Assembly: GCA_020718085.1 (NCBI GenBank)
Contig: DYDB01000001.1
Location: forward strand, 218,891-282,890
Length of the DNA: 64,000 nt
From: Micavibrio sp.
Lineage (GTDB): Bacteria > Patescibacteriota > Minisyncoccia > Moranbacterales > GCA-2747515
Direction: 5' to 3'
Shown here in pieces: positions 10,249-19,986 of this stretch (positions within the stretch are counted from its first letter, which is position 1; each line of letters opens with the position of its first letter). The notes below the pieces were generated by a model that was not told the DNA's origin, made no database searches, and was given only the letters and a program-made list of their open reading frames with translations. The translations under genes were made by a program, and so were the position numbers.

Positions 10249-10605
10249 ATGGGACAGTTTATTGGTCCGGAAAATCTGGACTTTATCGTAAAACATTCAT
10301 GGACATGGTATCTGATTGGCGCCGTGTTCTTGCAGGCACTTCTCATTATTTGGGCAATGGTCGTGATCCGGCGTAAAACTGCTGAGATCAAGGAATTGGT
10401 TCTTGATGTTTTGGCAAAGGCAGAAAAAAATTCGTCTGCTGATGTAAATATCGCCAAATTACAGGCTGAGATTACCACAAAAGGAACCATGATCAGCGAT
10501 TTGAGACAGCAGCTTGCCAATACGAAACAACTGGTGATGGATGGAGTCGCAGCGTACTTCGATAAGAAGGAAGACGTTGCAATTCCACCGGCCACCCAAG
10601 AATAA
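10249..10605 (+). CDS. Small membrane-anchored coiled-coil protein
   Basis: ORF 10183..10605. ATG at 10249 follows GAGGAGGA. One TM helix then a coiled coil. Confidence 0.55.
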   Translation: MGQFIGPENLDFIVKHSWTWYLIGAVFLQALLIIWAMVVIRRKTAEIKELVLDVLAKAEKNSSADVNIAKLQAEITTKGTMISDLRQQLANTKQLVMDGVAAYFDKKEDVAIPPATQE

Positions 10606-10641
10606 CCGAGGGAAAACCCAAAGAGCACTCATGCGATCGCT

Positions 10642-10687
10642 ATCGCTGAGTGCTCTTTCTTTTTTTGTCATTCGTGAGATGATATAA
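10642..10687 (+). terminator. Intrinsic terminator
   Basis: AGAGCACTCATGCGATCGCTATCGCTGAGTGCTCT hairpin followed by TTCTTTTTTTG. Confidence 0.6.
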
Positions 10688-10724
10688 ATTATGAGAGGTG
10701 TATAAATAATAGCGAAAATGCATT

Positions 10725-11696
10725 ATGAAAAACATGATATGGAGCGCGATCTTCCTCTGTTTTGCGGGAATGGGTTTGGCGTGGGGATATGTGTTTTTGT
10801 ATCATCATGCGAAAGTTGAGACGACTCAAGAGATTGCAGAACCTGTGATACCTGTTACACGTCCGGCGACGATCATATTTGCCGGCGATATGAATTTTGA
10901 TCGGTATATTCGACAGACGGCAGAGCACAATGGTTACGACAGCATTTTTACACATATAAGAGATGTGATGTACGAAAGTGATTGCGTATTTGCAAATCTT
11001 GAAGGACCGATCACAGAACATGGGTCAGTGTCTCAGGGCTCAGCGTTCGGCTCTGCTCAAAATTATCAATTTACGTTTGATCCCGTCATACGTGATACAT
11101 TGAAAAATATGAATGTCTGTGCGGTGAATCTCGGCAACAACCACATACATAATTTTGGTGATGATGGCATTTATAGCACAAAGAAATTTTTGGAAGAGAA
11201 AGAGTTCTTGTATGTTGGTGATACCGGTCTTGCAGAGGAAAAGCGATATGATGTGATCACGATCAATGACATAAAAATTGGCGTAGTAAATTATAATGCA
11301 TTTGTCGTGCAGTCACCGGAGCATGCGCGTGCAGATATGATCGAAATTAAAGATCAGAGTGATTTTGTTATCGTGTATACGCATTGGGGCGTGGAATATG
11401 CTAGTGTCCCACGTAGTATGGAAAGAGCGTTGGCACATGAACTGATCGATGCCGGAGCAGATGCGATCATCGGGTCACATCCGCACGTCGTCCAAGAAAC
11501 GGAAGAGTATAAGGGAAAGATGATCTATTATTCCTTGGGCAATTTTGTCTTTGATCAATATTTTCGCGCAGAAACACAAAAAGGACTTTTGGTTGCCGTG
11601 ACTTTTGATAAAGAACATGATACACTGACGTTTCGCGATTACGCCGTGTGTATGAAAAACACCGGTCAAACAGTATTGTGTGACAGTAAAAAATAA
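10725..11696 (+). CDS. CapA/PgsA-family metallophosphatase (poly-gamma-glutamate synthesis-like)
   Basis: N-terminal TM. Motifs GNNHIHNFG, HWGVEY and GSHPHVVQ are typical of the CapA family. Confidence 0.8.
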   Translation: MKNMIWSAIFLCFAGMGLAWGYVFLYHHAKVETTQEIAEPVIPVTRPATIIFAGDMNFDRYIRQTAEHNGYDSIFTHIRDVMYESDCVFANLEGPITEHGSVSQGSAFGSAQNYQFTFDPVIRDTLKNMNVCAVNLGNNHIHNFGDDGIYSTKKFLEEKEFLYVGDTGLAEEKRYDVITINDIKIGVVNYNAFVVQSPEHARADMIEIKDQSDFVIVYTHWGVEYASVPRSMERALAHELIDAGADAIIGSHPHVVQETEEYKGKMIYYSLGNFVFDQYFRAETQKGLLVAVTFDKEHDTLTFRDYAVCMKNTGQTVLCDSKK

Positions 11697-11704
11697 GAAA
11701 TATT

Positions 11705-12733
11705 ATGGACATTGCATATTTATCACGTTATCTTACAGAACATAAATATCCTGCTTTTCGTACAAAACAGATCATTAAAGGTGTCATACAAGATGGCTGT
11801 GCGACATATGCAGAAATTACAACAATTCCGCGAGCCCTTCAAGAAGAATTGACGCGTGATGTACCAATTTTACCGTTCGCTGTGGTTTCTGTGCATACAT
11901 CACATGACGGGCAAGCAGTGAAAGCATTGCTTCAACTGACGGATGGAGGGCATATGATCGAAACGGTTCTGATCTCTCCAAAACCGGGCATGTGGTCTGC
12001 ATGCATCTCGTGCCAGGTGGGTTGTGCCATGGGCTGTGCTTTTTGTGCAACAGGAAAACTTGGATTGAAGCGCAATCTTACAACAGACGAGATCACATCA
12101 CAAGTGCTTTTCTGGCGACAATATTTAAAAAAGCAACAGATTGCTGGCACATTTGATAACATCGTCTATATGGGCATGGGAGAGCCATTTATGAATTGGA
12201 AAAATGTGAGAGAGAGCATCAGCATTTTGACAGATAAAACACTATTTAGTTTTTCCAATCGCGGACTTTCCGTATCAACTTCCGGCGTTGTTCCGGGAAT
12301 CAAAGATTTCGCGGACACGTGCCCGCAGGTCAACCTGGCGATCTCACTGCACTTTGCGTCAGATGAAAAGCGTACAATGTATATGCCTGTCAATACAGGA
12401 TATGATCTTTCTGCACTCAGAGAAGCATTGCAATATTACTTATCAAAAAACAAACGTAAAATATTTATTGAATATATCATGCTCAAAGGGATCAACGACA
12501 CGCCGGAAGATGCGCGACTACTTGCACAGTATGTGTCGTCGATCGGACACATGCAGCTCTTACATATCAATTTGATCCGCTATAATTCCATCGGAGAAAA
12601 TTTTATACCATCAGATCGTGATACAGTCAAAAAATTTCAATCTGTCATGCAAAAAATGCATATTCCCTGCACAATTCGCAAGAGCGTGGGAGATGATATT
12701 AGTGGTGCGTGTGGGCAACTTGCAGGGAAGTAG
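11705..12733 (+). CDS. rlmN: Radical SAM 23S rRNA/tRNA adenine C2-methyltransferase RlmN
   Basis: CxxxCxxC radical SAM cluster (CQVGCAMGCAFCATG) and RlmN-like length and motifs. Confidence 0.9.
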   Translation: MDIAYLSRYLTEHKYPAFRTKQIIKGVIQDGCATYAEITTIPRALQEELTRDVPILPFAVVSVHTSHDGQAVKALLQLTDGGHMIETVLISPKPGMWSACISCQVGCAMGCAFCATGKLGLKRNLTTDEITSQVLFWRQYLKKQQIAGTFDNIVYMGMGEPFMNWKNVRESISILTDKTLFSFSNRGLSVSTSGVVPGIKDFADTCPQVNLAISLHFASDEKRTMYMPVNTGYDLSALREALQYYLSKNKRKIFIEYIMLKGINDTPEDARLLAQYVSSIGHMQLLHINLIRYNSIGENFIPSDRDTVKKFQSVMQKMHIPCTIRKSVGDDISGACGQLAGK

Positions 12734-12755
12734 TCTGGAAAAATATAAAAATATA

Positions 12756-14750
12756 TTACACAATGGAGATTGGATCTACATCGATCGCCCATGCGAGATC
12801 GCAGTCGCGCAGAATATAATGAAGATGCTCAGGAATCTGCGCATGTGCACTGCGGATGACGATCTGACGATAGTACTTTGTGCGCACTTTATTTACGATC
12901 GGATCATGCGGTTCGGAAATGCGGATATTTTTATCATCTTTACATGCAATGCACAGTTGTCCATATTTTTCGTCTACGATTTTGTGAACTTTTTCTTTTA
13001 CATCACCCTTACAAGTGATCTTGATGATCTGTGCATAGGGAGGATAGGATAGAACTTTGCGCAGTGCCAATTCTTCCTCATAAAAACCGTTGAAGTCATA
13101 TGTGGTGGCAAAGAGCAGAGCCGGGTTTTCTGGTTGAAATGTTTGTACAAGTACAGTGCCGTGATTTGTGCGCGCAGTAAGTTGCATGATATATGAAAAA
13201 GCTTTCTCGTTCCCATCATATGTCGGCAGACTGAGCAAGTCGTCCATGTCAATGATCCCGCAGAGCGCAACATGATCACCATGCCAACCTTTTGTGATCA
13301 TTTGTGTGCCGATCACTACATCGATCTCTTTTTTACGAAAAGCATCATAGATATTTTTGTGGGCATCCGCTTTTTTCATCGTTGAAGAATCAACCACGGC
13401 GATGCGGGCATTGGGAAGTATTTTGTGCAATTCTTTTGCAATGCGTTGAGTGCCGATCCCAATGTGTTCGATTGGCGCTTTACATGCTGCACATTTTGCA
13501 TTGTCCGGTTTGGTAAAAGAACAATGTATGCACACGTATTTTTTGGATGTGTGATGAATGAGTGCGCGATTGCATGTGGGGCACAATACAACACTCCGAC
13601 ATTTGCTACAGATTGAAAAAGCACTCTCACCTTGACGATTGACGAATAGGAGCACCTGTTTGTTTTTTTGAATAGCTGTTTTGATCTGATATGTTAGCGT
13701 GCGTGACAAAGGAGATTTATTTTTATCCCATCGTTCTTTTTTCATATCTACGATCTCGATTTTTGCACAAGCGTTTTCCGGTGACTGTATGAATGTGAGA
13801 GAGTCGTCCTTGGTCAGCTTGTGGACATAATCAACCGCGCGCGGTGCGGCCGATGTAAGAATATGCGTTGCATTGTGCATTTGTGCGAGTGTGCGTGATA
13901 CTGTACGTGCATCATAAAGCGGATAGTGGTCCCACTGTTTATGCGAAGGATCGTGGGCTTCATCAACAATGACCATTTTGAGATCGGTGAATGGTGCAAA
14001 AAGTGCACTGCGTGTTCCAATGACAATACGCACTTTGCCGGCGCGAATGGCGCGCCATTTATGATAGAATTGCCCACGGGGAATTTTGCTGTGGAGGATG
14101 GCAATTTCTTCACTGGGAAAAAACTGATGAAAGAATTCAGAAATGTACGGTGTTTGCATGAGCTCGGGAAGAATGTAGATCGCTTGAGCAGTGTCATCGG
14201 CGCGGATCTCTTGCAAAAGCGCCAAGAGAATTGTCATTTTATCACGTACAACAGGCGCATGGAGAAAAAATGATCGCGATGACGCATGATCGGCAAGAAG
14301 TTTCTTGATGATCTTTTTTTGTGTCGGACCGGTTTCCACAATTTGTTTTTTTACGCGTGATGAAACCGGCATACCGCGCATCATGGTGCGTTGTGGAACG
14401 AAGTGCTTAAGGACGAGTCCCAAAGGTGCGTAATAATATGTGGATATATAATGCGCTAACTGTAATTGGCGCTCAGTTAAAAATGCGTTTTCAAGTACTT
14501 TGGCAATGCGTTTGAGTTGAAATTGACTGTCGCGAGGAAAATCTGGAGCGCTATTGGTCACAACACCTTCAATGGTGCGTCGTCCAATTGGGATAGTGAC
14601 CAGTGTGCCAACAGGCAAGGATTCATGCCAGAGATAGAAAAACGACTGATCACGCGTGAGAGAGATGCGCGTAAGCGGTGCCACGGATATGAGATATTTT
14701 TGATCTTCTTTATTCATGAGATTATTGTAGCATAATCGCCACTCATTCAT
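12756..14750 (-). CDS. priA: Primosomal protein N' (PriA helicase)
   Basis: DEAH-type helicase motifs (VIVDEAHD), Cys4 zinc-ribbon insertions (CSKCRSVVLCPTCN..CIHCS) and a 664-aa length. Confidence 0.9.
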   Translation of the reverse strand: MNEWRLCYNNLMNKEDQKYLISVAPLTRISLTRDQSFFYLWHESLPVGTLVTIPIGRRTIEGVVTNSAPDFPRDSQFQLKRIAKVLENAFLTERQLQLAHYISTYYYAPLGLVLKHFVPQRTMMRGMPVSSRVKKQIVETGPTQKKIIKKLLADHASSRSFFLHAPVVRDKMTILLALLQEIRADDTAQAIYILPELMQTPYISEFFHQFFPSEEIAILHSKIPRGQFYHKWRAIRAGKVRIVIGTRSALFAPFTDLKMVIVDEAHDPSHKQWDHYPLYDARTVSRTLAQMHNATHILTSAAPRAVDYVHKLTKDDSLTFIQSPENACAKIEIVDMKKERWDKNKSPLSRTLTYQIKTAIQKNKQVLLFVNRQGESAFSICSKCRSVVLCPTCNRALIHHTSKKYVCIHCSFTKPDNAKCAACKAPIEHIGIGTQRIAKELHKILPNARIAVVDSSTMKKADAHKNIYDAFRKKEIDVVIGTQMITKGWHGDHVALCGIIDMDDLLSLPTYDGNEKAFSYIMQLTARTNHGTVLVQTFQPENPALLFATTYDFNGFYEEELALRKVLSYPPYAQIIKITCKGDVKEKVHKIVDEKYGQLCIACKDDKNIRISEPHDPIVNKVRTKYYRQIVIRSAHAQIPEHLHYILRDCDLAWAIDVDPISIV

Positions 14751-14889
14751 GCAAATTTAATGTTCACTTAATGTAAATTTTCGTATTATTTTATTTTCGC
14801 ATGTTAGAGTAAAATATGACATTGTGCCATGATCGTGTGTGCATGGTTGAATTTGGCGTAAATAAATGATAGTCTAATGATATAACCCT

Positions 14890-15465
14890 ATGACAACAGA
14901 TACTATGCAGAGAAAGATCTTTATCGGTATTGACCTTGATGCACGCATTAAGCGTATGGCATCACGTGCGCTTGCACCATGGCAAGACCTGCCGATCAAA
15001 TGGCACAAAGAAGACAGTTTTCATATTGAATTGATCACCATAGGATGGATCGGGGAAAGCGATTTTTTGCGCATTGAAGATGTGATGACAGAGTTGAGTG
15101 CGCGAACACCAGCCTTCACATTGAACTTTTCACAGATCATTGCACGCAGTAAGGATATCACCGCAACTGCCCCGCGAGAGATGCAATTGGTACAATTGAT
15201 GGGAGAAGAAAGCGATGTTTTAAAAGAGTTGTATAACACAATTGGCAAATCATTGCAGATCCCTTGTGGAGAAAAGAGGTCTTTTCGTCCGGTGGTGACA
15301 CTGGGTCGCATGCGTGCGCAAAAATGGCAAGAGTTAGAAACCTATCCGGAAATGTTGTTGCCCCTTACTGCAGAGATGGATGTATCCGCACTGACACTTT
15401 TTGAGAGTGTGAATGTGGATGATACATGGCAATTTGAACCCGTGGAAATATTTGACTTACAATAA
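14890..15465 (+). CDS. 2H phosphoesterase family (LigT/ThpR-like RNA 2',3'-cyclic phosphodiesterase)
   Basis: The N-terminus (RKIFIGIDLD..FHIELITIG) resembles ThpR. The second HxT motif is degenerate (VVTLGR). Confidence 0.55.
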   Translation: MTTDTMQRKIFIGIDLDARIKRMASRALAPWQDLPIKWHKEDSFHIELITIGWIGESDFLRIEDVMTELSARTPAFTLNFSQIIARSKDITATAPREMQLVQLMGEESDVLKELYNTIGKSLQIPCGEKRSFRPVVTLGRMRAQKWQELETYPEMLLPLTAEMDVSALTLFESVNVDDTWQFEPVEIFDLQ

Positions 15466-15471
15466 AAAAAC

Positions 15472-15512
15472 CTCCCAAACAAAGAAATGCGATCTTTGTA
15501 AGGGAGGCTGTG
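15472..15512. terminator. Bidirectional hairpin terminator between convergent genes
   Basis: CCTCCCAAACAAAG..CTTTGTAAGGGAGG with A-run and T-run flanks. Confidence 0.4.
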
Positions 15513-15670
15513 GAGGCTCATTTGCGGACATTTCCTTTCAGAAAGTCCATTGCAACAACCTGCTCATTTTTATGAGATTTGCCGAGTTTATCAGCATGAT
15601 GTGCCAGAGTGATTCCGGCAAAGAACAATGATGAACAAAGGACAAAAATGGAAAGAACTTTTAATAACAT
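15509..15670 (-). CDS. Possible small secreted or membrane peptide (~50 aa)
   Basis: Manual minus-strand ORF MLLKVLSIFVLCSSLFFAGITLAHHADKLGKSHKNEQVVAMDFLKGNVRK. Below the track length cutoff. Confidence 0.25.
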
Positions 15671-15741
15671 GGCTCATCTCCGATATATAAGTTTTTGCTG
15701 GGATCTAAACTGAAGGTTAATTATAGCACAAATTAATACAT

Positions 15742-16458
15742 ATGTCAAGTATCAAAAGCGTCTATTTGTGTGGTGTGCATGTGTCAAATCACACGTGCAG
15801 AGAGATCGAGCAAACGATCGGTGGCTTTTTGCAAGGTGCAGAAGCACGACACATCGTCACGGTCAATCCAGAGTTTCTCTACAGGTCGGTGCATGACCCC
15901 ATTTTTCGCGAGGTGCTCAATACTGCAGATCTGCAGGTAATTGACGGTTTTGGCGTGACATGTGCATTCTTGTGGCATGGTCAACGTGCGCAGTGTCGTA
16001 TGACGGGTGTGGAGCTTATGTGGCAATTATTAGATCATGCAGATCGTAAAAACTTGTCTGTTTTTCTTGCTGCAAATGCATTTGGACTTACGCTATGGCA
16101 GGATATGCAAGATGTGATCCAATTGCGTTATCCGCACATCAGAATTTCAGGCGCAAATATCGATCCGCAAAAACCGCATATTGATGCGGATACAAAGGCA
16201 GATATCGTCCTCTGTAATTTTGGGGCACCATATCAAGAATTATTTTTACACGAACTCAAAAAGCGTCATGCATGCAAGGTGGGCATCGGCGTGGGTGGGG
16301 CATTTGATTTTGCATCTGGACGCATTGTGCGTGCGCCAAAATGGATGCGCATGTGCGGATGTGAATGGTTATGGCGACTGATCAGACAACCGAAGCGATG
16401 GCGACGGATCGTGCGAGCGGTCATTGTTTTTCCGATCTATGTTGTGTTGGGCAAATAA
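15742..16458 (+). CDS. WecB/TagA/CpsF-family glycosyltransferase
   Basis: Family-typical layout (VNPEF..DG.GV..) and a 238-aa length. Confidence 0.7.
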   Translation: MSSIKSVYLCGVHVSNHTCREIEQTIGGFLQGAEARHIVTVNPEFLYRSVHDPIFREVLNTADLQVIDGFGVTCAFLWHGQRAQCRMTGVELMWQLLDHADRKNLSVFLAANAFGLTLWQDMQDVIQLRYPHIRISGANIDPQKPHIDADTKADIVLCNFGAPYQELFLHELKKRHACKVGIGVGGAFDFASGRIVRAPKWMRMCGCEWLWRLIRQPKRWRRIVRAVIVFPIYVVLGK

Positions 16459-16531
16459 AGGCTTTTGTGGACGAATGAAGGGTTTTTGTGTTATGCTGTA
16501 AGTACGTTTTAATATCATTTTCACACCTCTT

Positions 16532-18034
16532 ATGACTGACCTCAAGGGTATTCGCGTACGTTTTGCACCGTCACCGACAGGAGAACTACATATTGGCAGT
16601 TTGCGTACAACGCTGACAAACTATCTTTTTGCACGCAAAAATAACGGTACATTTATATTGCGTATTGAAGATACTGACCAAAAACGTTTTGTAGATGGCG
16701 CAATTGAGCGCTTGATCGATTCTTTGGCATGGGCCGGCATGACGATCGATGAGGGTGTGAAGATCGATGAAAGTACCGGTGTGGTGATCGAAGACGGACC
16801 ATGTGGACCCTATATTCAATCCAAAAGACTTGCAATTTACAGAGAATATGTACAACAATTGCTAGATGAAGGCAAAGCATATCATTGCTTTTGTAGCGCA
16901 GAGCGTCTAGCTGAAATGCGTGCAGTGCAACAAGCGCGTAAAGAAGCACCAAAATACGATCGTCACTGTTGCGCACTTACCACAGAAGAAGTACAAGCAA
17001 AGATCGATGCAGGAGAATCGCACGTGGTACGCTTTAAAATTCCGGAAGGAATGACATCTTTTGATGATATGATCTTTGGACACATTGAAGTAAACAATGA
17101 CACGCTGGATGATCAGGTGCTCATGAAATCGGATGGATTTCCCACATATCACTTGGCAGTCGTGGTGGATGATCATCTTATGGAAATCTCCCATGTGATT
17201 CGCGCGACTGAGTGGTTGGCAAGTACGCCAAAACACGTTTTACTTTATGAAGCGTTTGGATGGAAAGAGACCATGCCTCAATTCTGTCATGTTGCGCCGA
17301 TTCTCAACCACAATCGCAAAAAACTCTCCAAGCGGGAGGGAAGTGTGAGCGTGCAGGATTTTCGAGACAAAGGTTATCCCAAAGAGGCAATTATCAATTT
17401 CATTGCACTTTTAGGATGGAATCCCAAAACAGAACAAGAGATCTTCACAATGGATGAGCTCATTTCACAATTTGATACTGCCAAGATGAATCGTGCAGGG
17501 GGCGTGTTCGACATGGATCGTCTCAATTGGATCTCACGTGAACATATCAAGCGCATGACGATCGAGGATCTGTATCGTGAGGGATTGCCTTTTTTGGAGC
17601 AGAAGGAATTTTTTGAAAAAGCAAAAGTTTCCAAACATAAAGAAGACTTCATTAAGAGATTGCTTACAGTGGAACAGGATCGTCTTGATACGTTTGTGCA
17701 AATCGGTGAAGAAAATCAATTCTTTTTTGCTGATGCTGTCACTGTGGATAAGGACGTTCTGCGTTGGAAAGAAAATACGGACACTGACACACAAGAGGTT
17801 CTTGCACGAGCACAAACAATTCTTGCAGCGGTATCGGAAGAGGACTGGACGCGAGAAAATGTGGAAAAAATTCTCATGGAAGCTGCTGGAGAAAAACGTG
17901 GAGATTTTCTGTGGCCTTTGCGCGCGGCACTTACCGGAGAGAAGCGTTCTCCAAGCCCCTTTGATTGTGCATGGGTACTTGGTAAAGACGAGACACTTGA
18001 GCGTATTACACATGCATTGACCTGCTATATGTAA
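16532..18034 (+). CDS. gltX: Glutamyl-tRNA synthetase
   Basis: HIGH motif (ELHIGSLRT) and KMSKS-like KLSKR. Class I GluRS architecture. Confidence 0.95.
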   Translation: MTDLKGIRVRFAPSPTGELHIGSLRTTLTNYLFARKNNGTFILRIEDTDQKRFVDGAIERLIDSLAWAGMTIDEGVKIDESTGVVIEDGPCGPYIQSKRLAIYREYVQQLLDEGKAYHCFCSAERLAEMRAVQQARKEAPKYDRHCCALTTEEVQAKIDAGESHVVRFKIPEGMTSFDDMIFGHIEVNNDTLDDQVLMKSDGFPTYHLAVVVDDHLMEISHVIRATEWLASTPKHVLLYEAFGWKETMPQFCHVAPILNHNRKKLSKREGSVSVQDFRDKGYPKEAIINFIALLGWNPKTEQEIFTMDELISQFDTAKMNRAGGVFDMDRLNWISREHIKRMTIEDLYREGLPFLEQKEFFEKAKVSKHKEDFIKRLLTVEQDRLDTFVQIGEENQFFFADAVTVDKDVLRWKENTDTDTQEVLARAQTILAAVSEEDWTRENVEKILMEAAGEKRGDFLWPLRAALTGEKRSPSPFDCAWVLGKDETLERITHALTCYM

Positions 18035-18095
18035 ATTTGTCCTCTAAATTTTTTGTTGCAATTGTTAAGTAACTGTCTGATGTAAAGGTAAACAT

Positions 18096-18725
18096 ATGCA
18101 CACACAGCAGTCTTTAGTTGACCATTTGGTGCGTAGCGGGGTATTGACGACACCGCATATCATACAGGCATTTAGAATTGTCGATCGAAAGCATTTTGTA
18201 TCGGAGGCATATAACGCTGAGACGGCATATGCAAATCAGGCATTGCCTCTCGGCTATGAACAAACGACCTCACAACCATCGGTTGTCGCATTTATGTGTG
18301 AATTATTACAACCGGAATCAGGCGAGAAGATCTTGGATGTGGGTAGCGGTTCCGGATGGACAACGGCAATTTTGGCACAGATCGTTGGTGAAAACGGTTC
18401 TGTGCATGGTGTGGAACTCGTGCCGGAGTTGGTAGCATATGGTTCAACAAATCTGGCACAATATCATTTTGCACAGGCATCGATCGTGCAAGCAACAGGA
18501 ACATACGGACTGCCTGCATATGCACCTTATGACAAAATTCTTGTTTCTGCCTCCAGTATGCATATCCCACAGGAATTGATCGATCAATTATCTATTGATG
18601 GTGTGTTGGTCATGCCCATGCACAATGAGATCATTCGTTATCAAAAGCGCAGTAATGGACATAGCACGATCGATCGATTTGGCGGATTTGTTTTTGTGCC
18701 ACTAATTGATCCAAGAAATTATTAA
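18096..18725 (+). CDS. pcm: Protein-L-isoaspartate O-methyltransferase
   Basis: SAM motif DVGSGSGW; PIMT length and layout. Confidence 0.8.
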   Translation: MHTQQSLVDHLVRSGVLTTPHIIQAFRIVDRKHFVSEAYNAETAYANQALPLGYEQTTSQPSVVAFMCELLQPESGEKILDVGSGSGWTTAILAQIVGENGSVHGVELVPELVAYGSTNLAQYHFAQASIVQATGTYGLPAYAPYDKILVSASSMHIPQELIDQLSIDGVLVMPMHNEIIRYQKRSNGHSTIDRFGGFVFVPLIDPRNY

Positions 18726-18864
18726 TCTTTCAGACATACCCACAACAGGTGATCGGAGCAGTGACGGTATACCCGTCATTTTTTATTATGGGATTACTCT
18801 CTCCAATATTTTCATATATTGAAAATTAAAAGAACCCCAATGAAATTACTTATATAACAGCAAT

Positions 18865-18926
18865 GCCCCCTCTCCCTACAGGGAGAGCCTGCCTGTCCGG
18901 TAGGCAGGGGCTGGGGTGAGGGTTGG
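18865..18926. repeat. Nested-hairpin miniature repeat (CCCCCTCTCCC-N-GGGAGAG..GGGGCTGGGGTGAGGG)
   Basis: Family copies at 26742, 31745, 37365 and 38996. Confidence 0.8.
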
Positions 18927-18974
18927 TAAAAATGTATAAGAATTAAATATGCGCGTGTTGGTGGTCAAAAAACA

Positions 18975-19003
18975 TTGACAAATTGACGATTTTGGTGTAT
19001 AAT
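18975..19003 (+). promoter_or_regulatory. Perfect consensus sigma70 promoter TTGACA-17-TATAAT
   Basis: TTGACA at 18975-18980, TATAAT at 18998-19003. Drives the 19061 gene. A TTATCCACA 9-mer lies at about 19028. Confidence 0.55.
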
Positions 19004-19060
19004 CGAAAGTTAGTCGTTATTTTACATTTATCCACACATTCAACCTGAAGAGGGAATGAC

Positions 19061-19885
19061 ATGATGAAATTTTTTGCAGTATGCATGATGTTCTTGTGTT
19101 TTTGTGGCAGCGTTTCTGCAGAAGTTAATTCATACGCAGAACGTACGGAAGTGTATGATCAATGGATGAAAGCCGCAAAAAACATCGCTGGTGACGATGA
19201 GGGAGCAAAAGATGTGCTTGATTTCATCATTGCCAATGAGCAAAAGTCCATGCCGATCTATACAGATGAAGGACTCGGAATTCGTCCACTATTAAATGGT
19301 GTGCAAAAAGAAGCAAAAAGTTTGCTGGTCATCTGTCTCATGCCTGGAGATGAGAATACATCTCCGGAATGGTTTGAAACGACGGATAATAGTTTTGCTG
19401 CAGGGTTCATGGGAGATGAAAGTATGTCTATCATCGTTTTGCGTGCACAAGCACAAATGAGCGATGTGTGGAAAGGTCTACTCTTTCTTCATGAAGGTTT
19501 TCACGCTATGGCACACGTCAAAAAATTCTTTGCAGAAGAAAAAGATCCCTTACGTCATCGTGTGATCGAGGAATACTTCGCATATGCCATGGAATTCAAT
19601 CTTTTGAGAAAGTATGGAGGCAAGGCGTATGAAACACTTCTCGATAAGGAGGTTGTCCGTATCAAAAAAACCGACAAAGTTGCACCAGAGTATGGTATGT
19701 ATGAAAAAGAGCTCACACGAATCTTTGGTAAGTCTGTTTCACAGCGTGAAACGTTTTTGCGAGAGACGATCTTTTGGCTCAATGCACAGTTTCAAAAGAT
19801 TGCCGATGAGGTGAAGCCGGAAAAGGTGGATGATGCCATTGCAACTTTTCTTCTTGGATGTTATCAAAATGAAATTTTGCAATAA
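19061..19885 (+). CDS. Secreted protein with an HExxH zinc-metallopeptidase-like motif
   Basis: N-terminal signal peptide (MMKFFAVCMMFLCFCGSVSA) and an HEGFH motif. Confidence 0.55.
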   Translation: MMKFFAVCMMFLCFCGSVSAEVNSYAERTEVYDQWMKAAKNIAGDDEGAKDVLDFIIANEQKSMPIYTDEGLGIRPLLNGVQKEAKSLLVICLMPGDENTSPEWFETTDNSFAAGFMGDESMSIIVLRAQAQMSDVWKGLLFLHEGFHAMAHVKKFFAEEKDPLRHRVIEEYFAYAMEFNLLRKYGGKAYETLLDKEVVRIKKTDKVAPEYGMYEKELTRIFGKSVSQRETFLRETIFWLNAQFQKIADEVKPEKVDDAIATFLLGCYQNEILQ

Positions 19886-19901
19886 GTGAAAATGAACGAC
19901 A

Positions 19902-19943
19902 AATACCCCGTAGATGTAAATCATCTGTGGGGTATTTTAATTT
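19902..19943 (+). terminator. Intrinsic terminator
   Basis: AATACCCCGTAGATG..CATCTGTGGGGTATT hairpin followed by TTAATTTT. It lies inside the GTG-extended recQ ORF, which argues for the later ATG start. Confidence 0.5.
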
Positions 19944-19986
19944 TGTCCGGTGGCAGAAAAGTGCAAAACGCGGTATATTAAAAGCT

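Noticed and set aside
12618-13052. 144-aa plus-strand ORF
   Set aside because: Lies entirely antisense within priA (12756..14750) and has no RBS; it is a spurious shadow ORF.
16586-17236. Several 90-109-aa minus-strand ORFs
   Set aside because: They lie antisense inside gltX and are shadow ORFs.
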